DNA from: a virus
Taxonomy: Duplodnaviria; Caudoviricetes
Strand: one strand, 5' to 3'
IMG/VR virus record: IMGVR_UViG_3300020360_000085
Location: 128,001 to 192,000 of that record
Length of the DNA: 64,000 nucleotides
In this document: positions 1-11,600 of the stretch, piece after piece
Layout: the number at the start of each line of letters is the position of its first letter
Position numbering within the stretch: position 1 is the stretch's first letter
Translations under genes and position numbers: made by a program
The notes under the pieces: generated by a model
Databases searched by the model: none
What the model saw: the letters and a program-made list of their open reading frames with translations, nothing else
What the model was told of the DNA's origin: nothing

Positions 1-52
1 TACGTCTTAATTCTTCTTCTAAGGTATCATTTAATGTTGATATATCTGCCAT
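1..52 (-). CDS. N-terminal fragment of a gene running off the window (MADISTLNDTLEEELRR...)
   Basis: Minus-strand ATG at 52..50 overlaps the TAA of the hydrolase gene (TAATG coupling) and is open to the window edge. Confidence 0.6.
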   Translation of the reverse strand, partial: MADISTLNDTLEEELRR

Positions 53-678
53 TATTTTTTTCCAAAAATTGTTTTATGTAATAAGTCTGTTACATTGTTA
101 TTTAACAAAACAGCACTATGACCTGCTTCTATAAAGGTAGTTTCACTAGATTTAAATTTAGGTGGTGTAGCACTTTGGCTGTCACAATCTATCATACCAT
201 CATTTGCTTTACCTCCTAAACCTGCAACAGGATTAGCACCTTTTGTACATACAATATTTGTGTGTAGTCCAGAAAATCTTTTTTCCTGTAATAGTGCTAA
301 TACTTCTGCACCTGGTTTGGTATTTTTAAACATTAAACTGTTTCTCCAAAAATACCCGAAAATTCTTGCTACAGGTGTGCCCTGCCAAGGAGTTGCTATC
401 GTAACTAAATGTTTTATTCTGTTTGGATACACACTAGCATACCAGGCCGCAAGTAGTCCGCCAAAACTATGACCAACTAGATATATAGGCTCTTTTCCAA
501 ATTCTTTTTCTATTTGACGTCTAATTGTATCAACTACGTCGAATGGATCATCTTCCATGCTGTATTCAGGCGAAATAAACCTATGTTCTGGTAATTTTAG
601 TGTATAATAGTTAAAATTATCAGGACATGCATTTGCACCATGTATGTAAACCACATTTTTCATATCTGTATTATACAT
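52..678 (-). CDS. Alpha/beta-fold hydrolase (esterase/lipase-like)
   Basis: YIHG oxyanion strand, GHSFGG nucleophile elbow, NDG (Asp) and AGH (His) give a complete Ser-Asp-His triad. In-frame alternative ATG at 663. Confidence 0.85.
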   Translation of the reverse strand: MYNTDMKNVVYIHGANACPDNFNYYTLKLPEHRFISPEYSMEDDPFDVVDTIRRQIEKEFGKEPIYLVGHSFGGLLAAWYASVYPNRIKHLVTIATPWQGTPVARIFGYFWRNSLMFKNTKPGAEVLALLQEKRFSGLHTNIVCTKGANPVAGLGGKANDGMIDCDSQSATPPKFKSSETTFIEAGHSAVLLNNNVTDLLHKTIFGKK

Positions 679-697
679 GCTAATATTTATTTGTCAA
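670..697 (-). promoter_or_regulatory. Sigma70-type promoter TTGACA-N16-TATAAT with a nested late-type ATAAATA
   Basis: Minus strand reads TTGACA aataaatattagcatg TATAAT acagat ATG(663). ATAAATA at 690..684 lies 5 nt before ATG 678. Confidence 0.65.
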
Positions 698-725
698 GCA
701 ATTATAACTAGTTTTAACGAATATG

Positions 726-732
726 ATAAATA
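726..732 (+). promoter_or_regulatory. T4-like late promoter motif ATAAATA
   Basis: ATAAATA-acagt-ATG(738) at the head of the baseplate genes; T4 late consensus is TATAAATA. Confidence 0.65.
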
Positions 733-737
733 ACAGT

Positions 738-1109
738 ATGGCAACAATATTCAAGGGATTTAGTACAGTAGACAAAATAAGAGCACCTTATAGTCTTTTC
801 GATCAGGAACTTATAAAAAGAGATCTTTTAAATGAATTCCACACTAGAAAAGGAGAACGACTAATGAAGCCTAATTTTGGATCTATTATTCATGATTTGC
901 TAATGGAACCAGAAGATACTATTACAGATGATGAAATTAGAGATGATATAACAAGAATTTGTGATAAAGATCCAAGAGTTGAAGTAAAAGATATTTTAAT
1001 TTTTACTGCAGATCATACTGTGAGAGCAGAAGTAATTTTAAAATATGTTCAAACTAATAATGAGGATATATTGTTTCTAGAATTTATAAGTGACACCGAG
1101 TACAACTAA
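738..1109 (+). CDS. Baseplate wedge subunit, gp25/GPW-like
   Basis: DLLNEFHTRKGERLMKPNFGS-like signature, ~125 aa, DPRV motif, directly upstream of a gp6-like gene. Start moved from 723 to ATG 738 from promoter spacing. Confidence 0.85.
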   Translation: MATIFKGFSTVDKIRAPYSLFDQELIKRDLLNEFHTRKGERLMKPNFGSIIHDLLMEPEDTITDDEIRDDITRICDKDPRVEVKDILIFTADHTVRAEVILKYVQTNNEDILFLEFISDTEYN

Positions 1110-4100
1110 TGGCATATTCAGAAAGACAAAATAACTTATTTGCCGCAGAAGATTGGAAAATAGCCTACAAGGCTTTCTCTAATGTAGACTTCACGTCTTA
1201 TGATTTTAACACATTAAGACTGGCAATGGTAAATTATATAAGAAATAATTTTCCTGAAAATTTTAACGATTACATAGAAAGTTCAGAATTTATTGCAATA
1301 ATAGAACTTATTGCTTTTGTATCGCAATCGTTAGCATTTAGAATGGATATGAACAGCAGGGAAAATTTTTTAGAAACTGCTGAAAGAAGAGATAGTGTAT
1401 TTAAACTTGCAAGAATGCTAGGATACACACCAAGAAGAAATGTACCAGCATCAGGTTTAGCAAAAATTGTATCTATAGAAACAAACGAAAACATTACAGA
1501 CAGTTTGGGAAATACTATAAGCAATAGGCCAGTATTTTGGGACGATGCAAACAATCCAGATGCTTATGAACAATTTATAACTATTTTAAATTCTGCATTA
1601 AGCAATACAAATAGATTTACGTCACCATCTAAAAAAGGAAAAGTAAACAATATTACTACAGAAATATATAGAATTGTTAGACAAATTAGTGCAAGTCAGG
1701 CCTTTCCATTTACATCATCGGTCCAAGGTGGTAAAAGAAATTTTGAAATTGTAGATGCAGACTTTATAGATGGCTCATACTTTTACGAAAGGCATCCTGA
1801 TCCTTTAAACAGTTTTGGTATAATTTATAGAAACGACGGATTGGGGATTAGTAGTAACAATTCTGGATTTTTTGTAATGTTTAAACAAGGAACCCTAACG
1901 TCAAAAACATTTAATTTTACAACACCTATACCTAGTAGAACACAAGATTTAGAAGTAGACGGTATTAACCAAACAGATTTATGGCTACAGGAAATTAGGC
2001 CTACAGGTTCAGTTATAAGCAAGTGGACACAAATTCCTAATACTGTAGGACAAACTGTAAACTTTAATGCCCAACAAGCCAATACAAGAGACTTATATGC
2101 TGTAGAAAGTTTATTTGGCGATCAAGTAAGATTTAAATTTACAGACGGTAATTTTGGAAGAATTCCAACAGGAGTTTATAGAACATGGTATAGAACCAGT
2201 GATGGTGAAAACTATATGATACAGCCAGAGGAAATGAGAAATAAAACAGTTACTATTCCTTATACTAATCAACAAGGTGTAAATTACAATCTTAAAATTA
2301 CATTTGCATTACAAACAGCAGTTAATAATGGATTACCTACAGAAAGCATTTCAAATATTAAAAAGAATGCATCGCAGGTTTATTATACACAAAACAGAAT
2401 GGTTAGTGCTCAAGACTATAATGTATTTCCATATAGTAAAAGTAGTAACATACAGAAACTTAAAGCAGTAAACAAAACTCATGCAGGACATAGTAGATAT
2501 ATAGATATAAATGATCCTACAGGAACTGTACAAAATGTAGAATTATTTGGCGACGATGGATATCTATACAAAGAATACAAAGAGTACAGCACAACTACTA
2601 CAATAAGTCCAAATAATACAGCAAATAATTTTGTAGAAAATACTTTACCATTAATTTTAAGAAATCAGGGCCTTAATAATTACTTGTACGAAACAGCAAG
2701 AAAAAAATGGGTAACATATAAAAATAATTCTTTTGATCTAGAAAGTTTAGATATAACATGGAGACCATTACCAGTAGCAAGTATAGGAAATACTGGTTAC
2801 ATGACAGAAACATCAAGTGTAAATTCTGCAGGGTCAGAATCTGTGCTTACAAATACATATGAAACATTTAAGCAAATACAAGAAAATAATTTTATAAAAT
2901 TTGTGAATCCTGATAATGTTGCAGAATATAAATGGGTCAGAATTACAAAAGAAACAAATGCAGGTCTTTTAACAAGTGGATTAAGTACTGCCACAGGACC
3001 ATGGACATTAAGTGCAGAAGTTCCAAGTGGTTGGAAAGCACATGAGGTTATTGTTACCTTAAGAAAAAAATTACAAGGATCTGAAATAGCATCAGTACAA
3101 AGTCAGATAGAAAATAAGAAAACATTTGGCTTAGGATATAATCCAACATTTGTAAGTTCAAATTTATTAGCAGATACTTTTTATGTTATAGAAAATGAAA
3201 ATCTAGATAAAACAAACCCATTTGATGTTATAGATGTAGGTAAAACTTTGGGTACTCCTATAGACAGTAGTTGGTTTTTACTATTCACTTATGTGCCTAT
3301 AGATGAAAACTCATACAAATATGACATTACTGTTAGAGGCGAAAATTATATTATTCAGAGTAACAGTGAAATAAAATTTTATAATATTAATAATGTAAAA
3401 GTTGTAGATACTAATAATAAATCAAATATGGATAAAATTAGTATTACAACACTTAATAATAAACCTGGAAGTTCTGAAAGATTTAGATGGTATAATAGTA
3501 ATCCAGGAGTTGATAACCTTGGAGATTCATGGTATAGTGAAGAAACAGGAGCATACACAACACCTACAGCAAGTTCATATAGCATAGGATTACCATTAAG
3601 ATCTAGAGATACTAAATGGTTTGATGTAGGATTTAATTGGGAAAGTAATTTTGGTATTTTAAGAGTACCTAATTCAGGATTAAAAGCAGACGTTATAAGT
3701 TTAAATACTTTTGTAAACGATGCTTCTGTTTCTGTAAACACTTATTTTGATGACGGCACAGCGGCCGCACTTACAAGTAATGTAACAGTTGCAAATAATT
3801 TAGGAAGAATTAGTAAAATACCTGGTAATATTACAATACCATTTACAAATACAACATTTGGCTATAATATTTTAAACAGCGAAGGCAATGTAATGTATAA
3901 GCAGTATAATACAGGAACTGCAACCGTAGAAATTTTTCATGCAAACAGTTCAGGAGTTACTCATAGTTTTGGTGTTGGGGGTGCTACACATAATGCTAGT
4001 TCTTTAGGAAGATTAATTTTAGCAAATGTTGATGTAGCAACGGAAACAGGTAATTTAATTTATACAGATTTAGAAAATCAAAATTATTTATATGCAGAAG

Positions 4101-5638
4101 ACTCTAGTGGACAAAGATTTACAGATAAGATTGTAGTTGAGTATGAAACATTTAAAGAAAGACTTACACAAAATATTAATTGGCACATCACTGGAACTGT
4201 TAGACAGCCTGATGGATATACTGATCCTGCAAAAGTTATAGTTGCACCTTTTGATACAGACAACGATTTAGTACCAGATAGACCGTTGCAGTTTGCAGAA
4301 TTTGTTGACAATAATGATTTAGTATATTTTGAACAATACACAGATTTTGATGGTTATACTTATGAAAAACCGTCTAAAGGACAAATTTTAGATTTTCGTG
4401 GAGAAACAGCACTAGTAAGAGATGATGCAAGTGATACTATAAGTCATAGTTCATATAATAATCCAGTATCCTTTTTATTAACTTCATGGATTATAGTAGA
4501 CACATATAATATGGTTACTACATATTTACAAAATGACACAGGCAAGTTAAAAGGTGTAAAAGTTTATGTTGTAGGTGATGAAAAAGTTTATTTAATGACA
4601 CCCAATAGTACAAACACAAGCCAAATTAGACCTGTAGAAACAACAAAATTTAGTGTAAAACAAGGAAGAGGCGAAACACAAAATACCCTTTTACCTGAAC
4701 AATTACCTATGGTGTTCAAATGGGAACACATAGCAGACAAAGATGTTAGAGTAGATCCTAGTATTAGTAATGTAGTGGAAATGACTGTTTTAACAAAAAC
4801 GTATTACAATGATGTATTAAAGTATATAAATGTGCCAGGCACAAGTTACCCTTTACCTCCCACAAATACAGGATTAGCAACACAATTTGAAGGCTTAAAT
4901 GAATTTAAGAGTGCAAGTGATTCTATAATATTCAAAAGTGGAGAGTTTAGAAGGCTTTTTGGTACAGATGCTGAATCAGATTTACAAGCAAAATTTAGAG
5001 TTGTAAAACTTTCTGATTCAATAAGTGATAATGAAATTAAAAACAGAGTTGTAGGTGCTATAAATCAATATTTTAATGCATCTAATTGGGACTTTGGAGA
5101 AACATTTTACTTTACAGAGTTAAGTTCGTATATTCATCAGAGATTAGAAGGATTAATAGGAAGTATTGTACTGTTACCAAAAAATAGTAAAGGCCAATTT
5201 GGGGACCTATTTAGTATTAAGCCTGAAGCAAATGAATTATTCATTCCAACTACAAAGGTTACTGATATAGAAATTATTAGTAAACTTTCTAGAACAACAT
5301 TAGAAATAGAAGATACAGCAAATGTAAATGTGGCAAACGATGCCGTTAATACTTCAGGGCCATATGCTATTAATGGATACTATCCTTTATATGCAGATCA
5401 ATCTTTAGCAAATGCGGCCGGAAATGGTTCTAGTCATATACATAAATTTTATGGACAAGTATTTTACATGCCAGATGGTTTAGTTATGAACAAGACAATG
5501 TTCCATGGAAACTATACAGGAGACAGTACAATAACTGATTCTTCTAGTAGTTCATCCTCAAGTTCATCAAGTTCATCAAGCAGTAGCAGTAGCAGTAGTG
5601 GAAGTGGCGGTAGTGGTTCAAGTGGAAGTGGTTACTAA
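1109..5638 (+). CDS. Baseplate wedge protein, T4 gp6 / baseplate-J-like (1509 aa, extended)
   Basis: N-terminal FTSYDFNTLR...FNDYIESSEF...FLETAERRDSVFKLARMLGYTP and mid-protein QNRMVSAQDY, typical of gp6-like wedge proteins; follows the gp25-like gene by TAATG coupling. Confidence 0.8.
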   Translation: MAYSERQNNLFAAEDWKIAYKAFSNVDFTSYDFNTLRLAMVNYIRNNFPENFNDYIESSEFIAIIELIAFVSQSLAFRMDMNSRENFLETAERRDSVFKLARMLGYTPRRNVPASGLAKIVSIETNENITDSLGNTISNRPVFWDDANNPDAYEQFITILNSALSNTNRFTSPSKKGKVNNITTEIYRIVRQISASQAFPFTSSVQGGKRNFEIVDADFIDGSYFYERHPDPLNSFGIIYRNDGLGISSNNSGFFVMFKQGTLTSKTFNFTTPIPSRTQDLEVDGINQTDLWLQEIRPTGSVISKWTQIPNTVGQTVNFNAQQANTRDLYAVESLFGDQVRFKFTDGNFGRIPTGVYRTWYRTSDGENYMIQPEEMRNKTVTIPYTNQQGVNYNLKITFALQTAVNNGLPTESISNIKKNASQVYYTQNRMVSAQDYNVFPYSKSSNIQKLKAVNKTHAGHSRYIDINDPTGTVQNVELFGDDGYLYKEYKEYSTTTTISPNNTANNFVENTLPLILRNQGLNNYLYETARKKWVTYKNNSFDLESLDITWRPLPVASIGNTGYMTETSSVNSAGSESVLTNTYETFKQIQENNFIKFVNPDNVAEYKWVRITKETNAGLLTSGLSTATGPWTLSAEVPSGWKAHEVIVTLRKKLQGSEIASVQSQIENKKTFGLGYNPTFVSSNLLADTFYVIENENLDKTNPFDVIDVGKTLGTPIDSSWFLLFTYVPIDENSYKYDITVRGENYIIQSNSEIKFYNINNVKVVDTNNKSNMDKISITTLNNKPGSSERFRWYNSNPGVDNLGDSWYSEETGAYTTPTASSYSIGLPLRSRDTKWFDVGFNWESNFGILRVPNSGLKADVISLNTFVNDASVSVNTYFDDGTAAALTSNVTVANNLGRISKIPGNITIPFTNTTFGYNILNSEGNVMYKQYNTGTATVEIFHANSSGVTHSFGVGGATHNASSLGRLILANVDVATETGNLIYTDLENQNYLYAEDSSGQRFTDKIVVEYETFKERLTQNINWHITGTVRQPDGYTDPAKVIVAPFDTDNDLVPDRPLQFAEFVDNNDLVYFEQYTDFDGYTYEKPSKGQILDFRGETALVRDDASDTISHSSYNNPVSFLLTSWIIVDTYNMVTTYLQNDTGKLKGVKVYVVGDEKVYLMTPNSTNTSQIRPVETTKFSVKQGRGETQNTLLPEQLPMVFKWEHIADKDVRVDPSISNVVEMTVLTKTYYNDVLKYINVPGTSYPLPPTNTGLATQFEGLNEFKSASDSIIFKSGEFRRLFGTDAESDLQAKFRVVKLSDSISDNEIKNRVVGAINQYFNASNWDFGETFYFTELSSYIHQRLEGLIGSIVLLPKNSKGQFGDLFSIKPEANELFIPTTKVTDIEIISKLSRTTLEIEDTANVNVANDAVNTSGPYAINGYYPLYADQSLANAAGNGSSHIHKFYGQVFYMPDGLVMNKTMFHGNYTGDSTITDSSSSSSSSSSSSSSSSSSSSGSGGSGSSGSGY
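5540..5635 (+). repeat. Ser/Gly low-complexity C-terminal tail ending GSGY
   Basis: Long Ser run followed by GSGGSGSSGSGY, encoded with mixed TCN/AGY codons. Confidence 0.9.
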
Positions 5639-8600
5639 TGGCTGAAAAATTATTTAAAAAATTACCTGATATTTTACAGACAAGTGCTGTAAAGAATTTC
5701 TTTGATAGTACTGTAGAGCAACTTTTTAGTCCTGCAAATGTCGAGGTAATTAATGGATACGTAGGTAAGCAAAAATCAGAAGATTATAATGTACAAGGTG
5801 CATTTATAAGAGAAAGTACTGCAAACAGGCTACATTATGCATTAACACCTGCAATTAATACACTAAATTCTAATACAGGTGTAAGTGAAAATTTTATTTT
5901 TTATGACGAACTAGTTGACACTATAAAGGTAAGTGGTGTTAATACTATAAATCATAATAAAATTTTTAGTACTGATTACCAAACATTTTTACCACCAATA
6001 GATATAGACAAATTTGTAAACTTTCAGGAATACTACTGGAGTAATAATGATTTAGATGCTTTAGTTGTATCTGGAACACTATCTAATCCTATAGACATTG
6101 ATTTAGATATTATAGGCAAAAAAAGTTTTACTTCTCCAAATAACATAACATTAAAAAATGGCATGTGTGTCAACTTTTCAGGAGAGTTTGTCATACCGCA
6201 AAATAAAACAGGAATAGATTACTATGTAGAAGGTGTTGGAGAGTCGATACAACTAATACCTAAAATACAAAATGTTGCTACAGGATATTCTACAGCAACA
6301 TTAACAACCTGGGACAATACAATTTTTACTGAACTAGATAGTAATGTTAAACATACTGCAGGTAATATTATTAGTGTTAATATAGACAATGCAGGAAAAG
6401 GATATCTAAATCCTACAGTACAATTTACAGGCTCTAATACAACTTTAGCAACAGCAACAGCAAATAATGATATTTCAGGCTCTGTTTCAGATGTTACAGT
6501 AACAGCAAACGGATTAGGATATAGTGCGCCAATAGGTATTGTGGTCACAGGTACTGCCGTAAGTACTGGCATAAATGCAGGTAACACTTTTGTTTCAGAA
6601 CTTAATGAAGATCAATCCACACGTTTAACTCCATATAACAAAATTGCAATAAATGATAGCAGTAATATTTTTTTAAATCAGGAAGTAATTGTAAATAATG
6701 AAAGAACAACTGTTACAAGTTTATCAAATAGTTCTATAATATCTATAAACAATATTACAAATGGATACGATACAAATAGAACAGCAGGAATATATACAGT
6801 TTCCGGTTCTAGTGGGGGATCAGGTACTGGACAAAACTTTAGTATTACAGTATATAGTGAAACTAAAATACAAAATTTTGTAAACGTAAACGATCAAAAA
6901 TCTACCTGGAGTAGCAATACAACAATAGTAAATGCAAGAACTAGTATTACAAAAACTGGTCTTGCCACAACAGGAGGTACTGGTTCAGGAGCAACAGTAG
7001 ATGTAGTTTATAATGCAGATGCAAACATAACAGTAAGTATAAACAACCCTGGACTAGGATATCGTAGAGGAGATACTCTTACAGTAGCAGGAAACCTTAT
7101 AGATGGTGTAAGTGGACCGAACTTAACATTCGATGTCTTAGAAGTAGAAAAACCATTAGGAATAAGAACACTAGGAAACATTACATCTGGAGGTTCGCCT
7201 GTAGATGGAAATTACTTAATAGACATGGCTAATACTGTTGTATCAGGAAATGTTTCAACATCAGGCTCTGGTAAAGATGCAATTTTTAATGTAACAGTAA
7301 GTTCAGGAAATGCAACTATAGTAATAGAAGATGGTGGTATAGATTTTGTAGAAGGTGATACTTTAGAAATAAATGGAAATGTAATTAATTCTAGTGCTAC
7401 AAGTAATATCAGTTTCACAGTAGACAATGTTATTGCACCAGGTGATACAACAATAGACATTTTAAATGGTGGTACAGGACATGCTGTAGCCGATACTATA
7501 ACCATTACAGATGCTGATTTAGGCAGTGGTGGAGGAACAAATTTAAGTTTTGGCGTAGCAAGATCAGGTAATGTTTTAGGATTAGCAGATACTGTAAATC
7601 TAGATCAAGGTTCTAATCTAAGTGTACAATTTATTGCTAGTGGCTTCGAAGCAACTGTTAGAACTGACATGTATAACTTTACATCTAATTCCAGTGGTAC
7701 TTTTACAACTGGTGTGTCCTCAATGGCACTTGCAGGTGTAGATCCAAACACAGGAGATTTTTATCTTGGCGGAAATCCTGACAATGCTTTAAATTATGGT
7801 TGGGACTTAGATGAAGATGGTGATGGCACAGGTGATGCTGTATGGGGAGGCAGAACTTCCCAAGCAAATCCAGACTATAATGTAATAAAACGTGGAGCCA
7901 AAAATAGGAATATTTGGAGTAGGGTAAACTTTTGGCATCATAAACAAAACTTTTTAGATGCAAATGTCAGTGTACCAGAACAACAATACAGAGCCGTAAG
8001 ACCTATTATAGAATTTAATAATAATCTTGAACTTTATAATCATGGAAGTAATTTTATTGGAGAAATATTAGTTGTTGAAAAAACTAGAACAATAAATGAT
8101 TTAAATGGTGCACCAGTAAGTATTTTAGTAGATGGTTCACCACTAGCCGTAGGCGCCACAATAGTATTTCCAAATGAATCTACAGTAAATTCTAAATTTG
8201 TTTATAAAGTAAGTCATAGTAATGCAACAATACAACTTAATAAAGTAGGAGATCCTAATTTAAATCCTGCAGGAGCAGAAGAAGGGGACGGAAATTTTGT
8301 TCCTCTTGAATTTGCTGAAGGTGACGTTGTAAATGTTAAGGCTGGAGAAACTGTTATAGGAACAGAATGGTATTATACAAATGGTAAACTCTTACAGGCT
8401 CAAGAAAAAACAAAATTACATCAAGCACCTTTGTTTACTCTTTACAACGATTCAGGAAATTATTTAGGAAATACTAGTGTTTATGACAAAACAGATTTTA
8501 TAGGAAATAAAATATTTAATTATAAAATTGGTAGTGGTACAAACGATAGTATTTTAGGCTTCCCTTTATCTTACAAGCAATTTTATAGCAGTAGTGAGAT

Positions 8601-11600
8601 AGAATTTGAAAATTATTTAGAAACGAACAGAACAATTTTTACAGAAAATAATGCAAAAACTGAAGTACCAGGTTACTATTATTTTAAAACAACTGATAGT
8701 AATTATCATACTAATTGGTTAAGCAGTAATGAAAAATCTAGGCAACCTATAAAAACTTTTTATTATATTGACAGATTTGACGTAAATGATGAAAATTTAA
8801 TTTACTTTGTTGGTTGTTTGCCTGATGTAAAATTAAACACTCCTAGTGGCTACGATATAATTGTAGAACAAAATGGGAACATAATATCAGATTATACTTA
8901 CACTGAAAAGGGTTTAATTAAATTTAACAGTTTTACATTTAATGAAAATGATGTTATAGAAATAACTGCATATAGTAAAACTGGCTTAATCAGTGAACGT
9001 AGCATCAGCAAGTATAACATACCTATATCATGGGATAGGAATACACAAAAATTAGACATTAAAAATATTTCAGAGCCCGAATATTTGACACATTTTTCTA
9101 ATTATATGAAATACACTAATAATTTTAGTGGAGAAAGTTTAGGCTCAAATAATTTTAAAGATTTAGAAAAAACTACAAGTAGTGCTACTGATATAATAAA
9201 AACAGACGAAAATTTAATTTTAGGTGCATTTTTATTAGATGATAAACCTCATAATTTGTTAAATGCAATAGAGTTTAATCATAAAGAATACATTAGATAT
9301 AAAAATAGATTAGCATCTGAAGTTACAAAATATTTAGACACAGTAAATCCAGATGAATATTCAAATGAATTTATTTTAGAAAAAGTTTTACGAAATGTAA
9401 TTAGTTATAGTGTAGGTAACGATGTTTTCCAACAAAGTTATACAATACCTTTTGGTGACAACTATGTACAAGAAGAAAAAATTATTAACTCATTAAATGA
9501 CACTTCATATACTTTGTCTAATTACTATGACTTCAGTTTAATAGAAAATACTGTTCAAGTTTACAAAAAAAGAGGTACTGAAGTAGAATTACTAGATATA
9601 GATATAGACTACACACTAACTTCTAATGCAACTGCATCTACAAATGTTATTGCACCAACATCTACATTAGATTTACAACTTGCAGACACATTAATTTACA
9701 AAATTTACAACAAAGAAAGAGATAGTGCAGAATGTCCTCCAACACCTAGTGTTTTGGGACTATATCCATTACATGAACCCCAAATTTACACAGATAATTC
9801 GTTCGATAGTCCAATAGAAGTTCTTGTAGGACATGATGGTAGTAAAACTGCAACAAAAGGCAATAGAGAAGATCAAATTTTACTAGAATTTGAAAAGAGA
9901 ATATTTAATAGTGCTAAAAAAGAGTTTAGACAAGCAAATAGTTTACCAGAATTAAGTGTTTTTGATGTTAGAGCAGGTAAATTTAGAGAAGATTACCTAA
10001 CACATAGTGAATGGTATGATTTAATGAGATCAAACTTTACATCGTGGGCAAGAGAAAACAAAGTTGATTTTGTTAAAAATGAATTTTACGATAATAATAA
10101 AGAATTTACTTGGAACTATAGAGGTAATTTAACAATACCAGGATATTGGAGAGGTTGGTACGAATATTATTATGATACTGTAAACCCGCACACAAATCCT
10201 TGGGAAATGTTAGGGTTTTTTGAGAAGCCAAGTTGGTGGGACACTCAATATATTACAACTACATACACAAATTATGGTAGTAATAATACACCTATGTGGG
10301 AAGACATAGAAAGTGGTTTAATTAGACAGGGTCCTAGAGAAAATCTAACAGATAATTCTTACAAAACAGATAACAAGTTTGCAAGATCTGGATTAAAAAA
10401 TTTATTGCCTGTTGATAGTAATGCAACTTTAAAAAGTCCTTACAATATTGACACAACAGGCTCAACTACTAGGGCAGAAGTATATACAAACACTATAGGC
10501 AATACTAGTATAGGGTATAATACTACAAGTTTCTTAAATGTTGATGGAGTAAATGTAAGATTTGACAGTTCTAATGTTTATATTAGTAATAAAAATTTAC
10601 CAAACTATGATTTAAGTAAAATTGACACATCGGATGGCTCATTACCCTGGAAGGCACTTGAATTTAGTTATGCAATACCTAGAGTAAATTTAAATAGCAT
10701 AACAGAAAGCAATACATCACTTAATTCAGATAGAATAGGTGTGTTAGTAAACGGTCTTACATTACATAATCCTAATAGTGGTACCACATACGATAATGGT
10801 GGTAATTGGACATACAATACTGGATTTAGACAAAAAACTAATAGAAGTAATGGAATAATTTCTACAACAGATAATCAAGGTGTTGTAACCACAACAGTAC
10901 CAACATCTGATATGAGTAATTCCACAGTATGGGGTAATAGTACATCACACTCAGGCATAATTGGTTGGGCATTTGATGGATTACCAATTTACGGCCCATA
11001 TGGATATACATCTTACCATGCAAACGGATCAGTAAATGATAATAGTATTACAAACATTAAAAGCAGTTTTGAAATTAAGCCTGGTGCAAGAACTTCACAT
11101 CCTAATGGCGCTCACACAGGATTATTTTTAGAAGATTATCAATATAGTGCTAGTTTGGCTAGTCAACCTGGAAGAACTGGTAAATTTAATACAAGATATG
11201 GGGTAACACCAGATTCTCCTAGTACACCTGTAAGATTTTATGTAGCAACAATAGATGATAATAGTGAACCAATGTTCCCTTATGCTGTAGGTGGTGGTAC
11301 AACTAGTGATAATACCTATAATGGAAGTTATTTCGCAACACCATTAGATACTACTAACAACAACAAAGGTACTGTAATAGAACCTTCAAGTGTAACAGGT
11401 GCAGTATCTAGTAGTTTTGCAATCACATTAGAAAATACAGCAGTAGATTTAGATAATGAATGGGTATTTGGTGATGGTGCACCAGTAGAAAATGCTTGGA
11501 AATATAGTTCATCATATCCATTTGCTATTACAACAGCATTATTACTTTCCAAACCAGGAAAATTTGCAACTGTTTTTGCAGATCCTATAAGACAAGTAAA

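Noticed and set aside
5540-5635. Poly-Ser stretch as a microsatellite or phase-variation tract
   Set aside because: Codons are mixed (TCT/TCA/TCC/AGT/AGC), so it is not a slippage-prone nucleotide repeat.
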